A stretch of DNA of 64,000 nt from Candidatus Bathyarchaeota archaeon (GTDB lineage: Archaea > Thermoproteota > Bathyarchaeia > Bathyarchaeales > Bathycorpusculaceae), in NCBI GenBank assembly GCA_963775465.1, contig CAVZIW010000003.1:32001-96000 (forward strand). The letters run 5' to 3'. Positions within the stretch are counted from its first letter, which is position 1; the number at the start of each line of letters is the position of its first letter. Shown piece after piece: positions 58,830 to 64,000 of this stretch. Both the position numbers and the translations under genes were made by a program. The notes under the pieces were generated by a model, which ran no database searches, was not told the origin of the DNA, and saw only the letters and a list, made by a program, of their open reading frames with translations.

Positions 58830-60866
58830 CTAGGTTTTCTTTAAGGACCCTTCTCGAGGTTCATAAATAGTACCCTCGCGTAATAACTGGGATATCATTC
58901 GTTCTACTTCGCCTCTTGGAATCTTGTGTTTGGTTTCCAATTCGTTGACGAGTGTGTCTCTTTCAACGATTCCGGTGACTTTTTCCAGCTCCATAATTGT
59001 GGCAATAACTGTGCCGAGTCTATCTCTGATGCTCTTGGGTCTGCCCGTCATTATTAAGTCGATGTCAACTTTATAGGACGACAAATCGATGCCGACTTCT
59101 TCAAGTGAGCGTTTCATTATGGCAATTGCTGCTTCCGCATCTTCAGCGGTTACTTCTTTTCGCAATGCGACACGTGCTCTGGCTTCTGCTATTCGGACAA
59201 GTGATTCCAGTTGACGGGCTGTGATTGCTACTGGGGAACCTTCGGTTTCGCTTGCGTTACGCATAGCTAAGTAGAAATCGCTGAGTCGCTTAAGGGCGTC
59301 GTTGCTAAGTTCCGGTTTGACGCCTTTGGCGTAACTAACGTATTTGCGTAAAAGTTCGGCGTCGACTTGTGCTTCAACGGGGCTTGTTCCTCTTCGGTGA
59401 ATTTCTAGGATATGGCGTGACATTTTGCCGTCTGATTCCTTGTTTGGTACGTCTCGGAGCACAAAAATTAGGTCGAAACGAGAGAGGATTGTAACTGGTA
59501 GTGAGATGTTTTCAGCAACGGTTCGATTAGGTTCATATCTTCCAAGAGATGGGTTAGCGGCTGCAAGAACTGCAGTTCGGGCGTTTAGGGTTGCGACGAT
59601 TCCTCCTTTGGCGACTGAGACTGTATGCTGTTCCATGGCTTCGTGGATCGCAACGCGGTCTTCGGGTCTCATTTTGTCCATTTCGTCGATGCATGCGATG
59701 CCTTTGTCTGCCAAGACAAGTGCGCCTGCTTCTAGACTCATGCTTCCGCCTTTTTCTCTAACTACGGCTGCTGTTAAGCCTGCGGCTGTTGTTCCTCTGC
59801 CTGAAGTGTACAGGCCTCTTGGTGCTATTCTTGAAACGTACTGTAACATCTGGGATTTGGCTGTACCTGGGTCACCTATGATGAGGGCGTTCATTTCCCC
59901 TCTTACGTTAACGTCTGGGAGGCTTTTTGAGACTCCGCCAAAGAGCAGATACATGATTGCTTCCTTTAGGTGTTCCAGACCGAAAATTGAGGGCGCGATC
60001 GAACTCATAATTTTTTTATGTACTGCGGGATCCCTTGATAGTTCGAGAATTTTTGCTTCTTCTTCGGGTGTTGGGGGTGATGTTTCGGGTTCTTTGCCTA
60101 AAACTTCGATAGAGTTGCCGTCTAATTGGAGGATAAAGGTGCGTAGTTTTCCCATACCCATTAGAGAAGGTGCAAAAGCACGTACAATACCTACGATAGA
60201 AACGTGGTCTCCGGGTCTTGCAATATCCACGATTTCGTCTCCAACCAATTTCACGGCTAATGTTCGAGGTAGTTGTCCAGGTGGGAGGTCTTCAGGTTTT
60301 TCTTGTAATCTTAGGTCTTGTGAGTCTATGAATGTTGACTCTTCTTGGGAAAATTCAAAAGGGCCATCTCTGCCGCAGTCTGGGGCGATGCATACTGATG
60401 GAGCTTTAAGGAACTGTCCGGTTTGTTCGACCAAATTTAGAGTGCCGCAACGTTTGCATTTGAATGCTCCCTGTTGAACCATTGGTCGTACGGGGGTTGC
60501 ACGGACAACGATGCCTTCTACCATAACTAGCTTTGTCATCTGTTTGCTGCCGAGTTTGCGAAGTTGCTCTTTACCTAGTAGTTGTACGATTCGAACTATT
60601 ACTTTCTCGATTTTCTCAGCATATTCGACGTCCTCTATTCTCAGTTGTTCATAGGCACCTTTACCTGCATGTTGGAGGAATTCTTCAGGTTTGTTTAACA
60701 GACGTTCAGCTAATGCTTGATCAAAGCCGTAAAGCTCCTCAAAATCGATTCTTAAGCTACCTTTACCGTTGATGGCTAACTGAGCGATTCTTTGGCGGTA
60801 CTTTTCTTTTTTAAAGAATTCTTGGAATCGCTGCTGGGGATCGATGGTTTCTAGTTTATTAGCCAG
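58830..60866 (-). CDS. mcm: Replicative helicase MCM (probable CTG start)
   Basis: GDPGTAKSQ, IDEMDKM, SRFD, ITARQLES; frame open 109 codons upstream of 60539 (FQEFF..YRQRI..SLRIDFEEL..FD..LAE.L) to CTG 60866 preceded by GGGGAG. Confidence 0.95.
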   Translation of the reverse strand: MANKLETIDPQQRFQEFFKKEKYRQRIAQLAINGKGSLRIDFEELYGFDQALAERLLNKPEEFLQHAGKGAYEQLRIEDVEYAEKIEKVIVRIVQLLGKEQLRKLGSKQMTKLVMVEGIVVRATPVRPMVQQGAFKCKRCGTLNLVEQTGQFLKAPSVCIAPDCGRDGPFEFSQEESTFIDSQDLRLQEKPEDLPPGQLPRTLAVKLVGDEIVDIARPGDHVSIVGIVRAFAPSLMGMGKLRTFILQLDGNSIEVLGKEPETSPPTPEEEAKILELSRDPAVHKKIMSSIAPSIFGLEHLKEAIMYLLFGGVSKSLPDVNVRGEMNALIIGDPGTAKSQMLQYVSRIAPRGLYTSGRGTTAAGLTAAVVREKGGSMSLEAGALVLADKGIACIDEMDKMRPEDRVAIHEAMEQHTVSVAKGGIVATLNARTAVLAAANPSLGRYEPNRTVAENISLPVTILSRFDLIFVLRDVPNKESDGKMSRHILEIHRRGTSPVEAQVDAELLRKYVSYAKGVKPELSNDALKRLSDFYLAMRNASETEGSPVAITARQLESLVRIAEARARVALRKEVTAEDAEAAIAIMKRSLEEVGIDLSSYKVDIDLIMTGRPKSIRDRLGTVIATIMELEKVTGIVERDTLVNELETKHKIPRGEVERMISQLLREGTIYEPREGSLKKT

Positions 60867-61419
60867 GTTGTTTCTCCCCGCTTTCTAAGATTTTGGTTTT
60901 CCATTCAGAGATGATTTTGAATAGTTGGTCATACATGATTTTTTCTTCATTCGTGAATTTTTTTAAAACCTGCTCGCTTTGTATTGGGGCAGATGAGATC
61001 GCGACTATTTTCTTAAGTCGTGAGTTCACTATATCGCGGGCTAACTGTTTTGCGCGGTCGTATTCTTGATATTTTTCGGATTGTTTCTGAGCTTGTTTTT
61101 TTAACTCTGTTATATATCTGCGTAGTTTAGGGTAGAAATCATCGGGTAGTTCACCGATTTGGCCTGGAATCTGTACGCCTTCCTTCCACTGAACTTTGAA
61201 AAGTTTGGTTGAATCTAAAAGTTCGTCCTCTCGGAAATGTGCCATACCGGCTGAAGCAAGTTCTTTTGCTACCCAGAAGTAAACTTCGTATTCATTGCCT
61301 TCATCAAATGGACCTACTGACATCCCAGAGAGCTTAATTTCGGGGCAGTTTCGGTTAGCAACAATTTTAACCATTGAGTTCTCGTAGTAAAAGTCTATTG
61401 TGCATATTTTCGCTGCCAA
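60859..61419 (-). CDS. GINS subunit Gins23 (Psf2/Psf3-like)
   Basis: B-domain first (GPF.EG.EYEV.FWVA..L), LPDDFY.KLRRY, R..KI, FTNEE; upstream of mcm. Confidence 0.88.
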   Translation of the reverse strand: MAAKICTIDFYYENSMVKIVANRNCPEIKLSGMSVGPFDEGNEYEVYFWVAKELASAGMAHFREDELLDSTKLFKVQWKEGVQIPGQIGELPDDFYPKLRRYITELKKQAQKQSEKYQEYDRAKQLARDIVNSRLKKIVAISSAPIQSEQVLKKFTNEEKIMYDQLFKIISEWKTKILESGEKQPG

Positions 61420-61564
61420 ACCCTCTCAATCTCAACACAGTTTACCCAACTAGGGATTCAAAACATATGACAGGAGAATTCTTAAGGGTTTGCATAGAAA
61501 GGTTGAGTATTTGAAAAAGGAAAGTAGGGTTTAATTTGGCTCAAAAAACCTTTTTAGTAAGGTG

Positions 61565-62815
61565 TTATGGCCAGAGTCCTAATGTTTTTATGGCGTTTGC
61601 TACTCTTCCGACCCCGAGCATTAGGGCACCTGTTCGCATGTCGCTCTCTTCTTTGGTGACGATCGCTTCGACATCGTTGAAGGCTTTTGTCATCTTTGTT
61701 TCAAGTTTTTGGTTTACGAGCTCAAGAGGCCACTGTTCACGGGTTAGGTTTTGGACCCACTCAAAGTAGCTGACGGTGACTCCGCCACTGTTTGCAAGAA
61801 TGTCTGGGATAAGGCAAATTTCCTTTTCATACAGGATTTTGTCAGCTTCTGGTGTGGTTGGTCCGTTTGCGGCTTCAGCGACCATGTGGGTTTTGATTTG
61901 GTCGGCGTTCTTGCGCGTGATTTGGTTCTCCAATGCTGCGGGTATTAGTATGTCACATTCAAGTTCCAGAATTTCCGTATTAGTGACATTTTTGCAGTCT
62001 TTGTATCCTTGTACAGAATTGGTTTTTCCTTTGTGAATCAGCACGTCAATTGGGTTTAAGCCATCTGGGCAATATATGCCTCCTGTTGAATCGCTAACTG
62101 CAATTACTTTGCAGCCGATTTCTTTTGCTGCTACTGCAGCATTGTAGCCAACGTTGCCAAAGCCTTGGATGACTACTGAGGCATTCTTAAGTTTCAAGCC
62201 ATTGTTTTCTGCAGCTTGCTTAACGCAATGAATGACTCCTCGTCCCGTGGCTTCAGTTCTGCCCCATGAACCGCCGATTTCAACGGGTTTTCCTGTGGCG
62301 CTTTCAGGGATTCTGTATCCTTTTAGTTGGCTGTAGGTGTCCATGACCCATGCCATGGTTTGTGCGTCTGTGTACATGTCAGGCGCTGGAATGTCACGTT
62401 GTGGACCAAGATACTCAAAAATCATGCTTACGTATCTTCGTGTTAAGCGTTCGAGTTCGTGGTTGCTTAATTTTTTTGTATCGACGCATATGCCGCCTTT
62501 TGCTCCGCCAAATGGGACGTCGGCTATGGCACATTTCCAGGTCATAAGCATTGCGAGTGCTGTGACTTCATCGAGGGTTATATTTTGATAGAAGCGGATT
62601 CCTCCCTTGAAGGGTCCACGTGCATCCCAATGTTGCACCCTGACGCCGTTGAAGACGCCTACAGAGCCGTTGTCGAGGCGGATGTCGATGCTGACTAAAA
62701 TTGAGCGTTTAGGTTGGCTTAGCATTTTTTGTATGCCATGGTCAAGCCCCAGTTTTTTTGTGGCAAGTTTGAGTTGGGATAAAGTTACTTCTAATCCTGA
62801 ATGTTCTTCAGACAT
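61565..62815 (-). CDS. gdhA: Glu/Leu/Phe/Val dehydrogenase (glutamate dehydrogenase)
   Basis: GPFKGGIRF, MTWKCA, GGAKGG, DIPAPD, ATGRG, QGFGNVG, EAANGP, NSGGVTVSYFEW. Confidence 0.96.
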   Translation of the reverse strand: MSEEHSGLEVTLSQLKLATKKLGLDHGIQKMLSQPKRSILVSIDIRLDNGSVGVFNGVRVQHWDARGPFKGGIRFYQNITLDEVTALAMLMTWKCAIADVPFGGAKGGICVDTKKLSNHELERLTRRYVSMIFEYLGPQRDIPAPDMYTDAQTMAWVMDTYSQLKGYRIPESATGKPVEIGGSWGRTEATGRGVIHCVKQAAENNGLKLKNASVVIQGFGNVGYNAAVAAKEIGCKVIAVSDSTGGIYCPDGLNPIDVLIHKGKTNSVQGYKDCKNVTNTEILELECDILIPAALENQITRKNADQIKTHMVAEAANGPTTPEADKILYEKEICLIPDILANSGGVTVSYFEWVQNLTREQWPLELVNQKLETKMTKAFNDVEAIVTKEESDMRTGALMLGVGRVANAIKTLGLWP

Positions 62816-63071
62816 TAATGAACCCTTCAATTACTTTTGTTAAGTTTGCGAATGGTTAGATAAGAATTGCCGTGCTTTTTTGTGTGTTTTGTTGATGCTT
62901 TTGTATACCGTATTGACCTGTCTTCTAGAAGTTAGTTCTTTCTACACTTGTTATTGTCAATTTGCACAAAATTTGGTATTATTAGTGTCTTTTGATAAAA
63001 TTTATGTTAGTAATATTGAAATGTATGTGATATTTTTGTTTGGATAATGTGGGAGTAAGCAGTTTAGCTAT

Positions 63072-63416
63072 TCAACCAAGGTTAAGACTTGTTTCTTCGA
63101 AATGTTTTTTATCGCTTAAACACCGCGGACACACACAGTTGAATGGAAGATTCTTTGTTGTACATAATTCAATGTAACTGCATCCATTGCATTGGAAATC
63201 TTTTCCGCAACGAATGCAGCTTTGCAGAAAAACCACTTCACTTCCCAAGATGGCACTCACAGCTTCCATTATTTTTTCAATGTTGTTACAGCTTTTGATT
63301 GAAAAAAGGGCAATGTCTCGGTTATAATCCAGCCCCAAACGCATAAGGTTGACAAATTTATCTTTATCCATCCGAGGCAATTTGAAACCGTTCTTATTCA
63401 AAACAATAACCATCAA
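63072..63416 (-). CDS. Hypothetical protein with Cys-rich C-terminus
   Basis: CIRCGKDFQCNGCSYIELC....CVCPRC; starts 1 nt after the RFC stop. Confidence 0.7.
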   Translation of the reverse strand: MMVIVLNKNGFKLPRMDKDKFVNLMRLGLDYNRDIALFSIKSCNNIEKIMEAVSAILGSEVVFLQSCIRCGKDFQCNGCSYIELCTTKNLPFNCVCPRCLSDKKHFEETSLNLG

Positions 63417-63417
63417 A

Positions 63418-64000
63418 TCAGAACCTACTCATTTTAGCTAAAAAGTCAACTTCTTCTTGTGTAAACTTGAACCAATCAACAAGACCGCTAGATTTTTTCT
63501 TCTGGAGAATTACTTTGATGAATGGGATAAAATCATTTTTAGCAGTTTCTTTAGATACGTGGCATTGAGCGCCAATTTTTAGGCAGATGTTATTTAGCAT
63601 TGTTCTTTTTCCTTTCGTCCAGAAGAGAGTGATGATGCGTATAGGAGGTGAGATGAATTCAAATGGTTTGTAGGATTCGTGGTTCACCGAGGCGGCTTTT
63701 GCTAGCTCATTATAGAAGTATTTTAGCAAATGCCAGTTCTCTGTGCCAATCCTTCCACGGAAAACATCGGCTTGCGAAATGAGATTGTATGCTTTGGCCA
63801 GCTCATTTGGGTCTAGATATCTTTTTGGCAGATTGTCGCTGACGGATAGCAGAAAATCGTCGTAGTCAACATTTGAATAGCTAAATAAACGGGATGCTTC
63901 GGCGATTGATTCTGCTGTGAAGAAGCCTCTAAGGGTTTCGTCCATGCTTAAGGCTTTGTTTCGAGAGCGTAACATCATAGTGTCTTGTAAAGTTAGGGTA
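63418..64000 (-). CDS. rfcL: Replication factor C large subunit, C-terminal part (partial)
   Basis: AY..ISQADVFRGRI..ENWHLLKY, I....HVSK....DFIP.IK pattern; frame open to the window end. Confidence 0.85.
   Translation of the reverse strand, partial: TLTLQDTMMLRSRNKALSMDETLRGFFTAESIAEASRLFSYSNVDYDDFLLSVSDNLPKRYLDPNELAKAYNLISQADVFRGRIGTENWHLLKYFYNELAKAASVNHESYKPFEFISPPIRIITLFWTKGKRTMLNNICLKIGAQCHVSKETAKNDFIPFIKVILQKKKSSGLVDWFKFTQEEVDFLAKMSRF

Noticed and set aside
59425-60477. 350-aa plus-strand ORF
   Set aside because: Antisense shadow of mcm with no recognisable motifs; the same applies to the many short antisense ORFs in the track

Overview
Core chromosomal segment of an archaeon. The gene set and order (DP1/DP2 PolD, Elf1, GGGP synthase, two GINS subunits, an archaeosortase-like protein) are most consistent with Bathyarchaeia or a related TACK lineage; this assignment is an inference. 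The window contains a probable replication origin (ORB-like 22-mers at 17637-18222 next to cdc6) and a dense replication, transcription and translation supercluster. No rRNA, tRNA, CRISPR array or transposon was seen. The main candidate novel system is a cassette directly beside oriC (18350-20950). It has three uncharacterised HTH/wHTH genes, one encoding a membrane-anchored coiled-coil wHTH protein with a hidden ATC start, interleaved with dense arrays of GTGA/TCAC motifs, and may be a ParA-less origin-tethering or segregation system. Other notable items: an unannotated box C/D sRNA (33050-33118), a C-rich structured ncRNA candidate (11385-11560), several genes including MCM that appear to use CTG/ATA/ATC/ATT starts, a DPM2-like small membrane protein, a radical SAM/SPASM enzyme with a long unknown N-terminal extension, and an exact 18-bp motif shared by two promoters 35 kb apart. 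All product calls come from motif recognition by eye; no database search was run.
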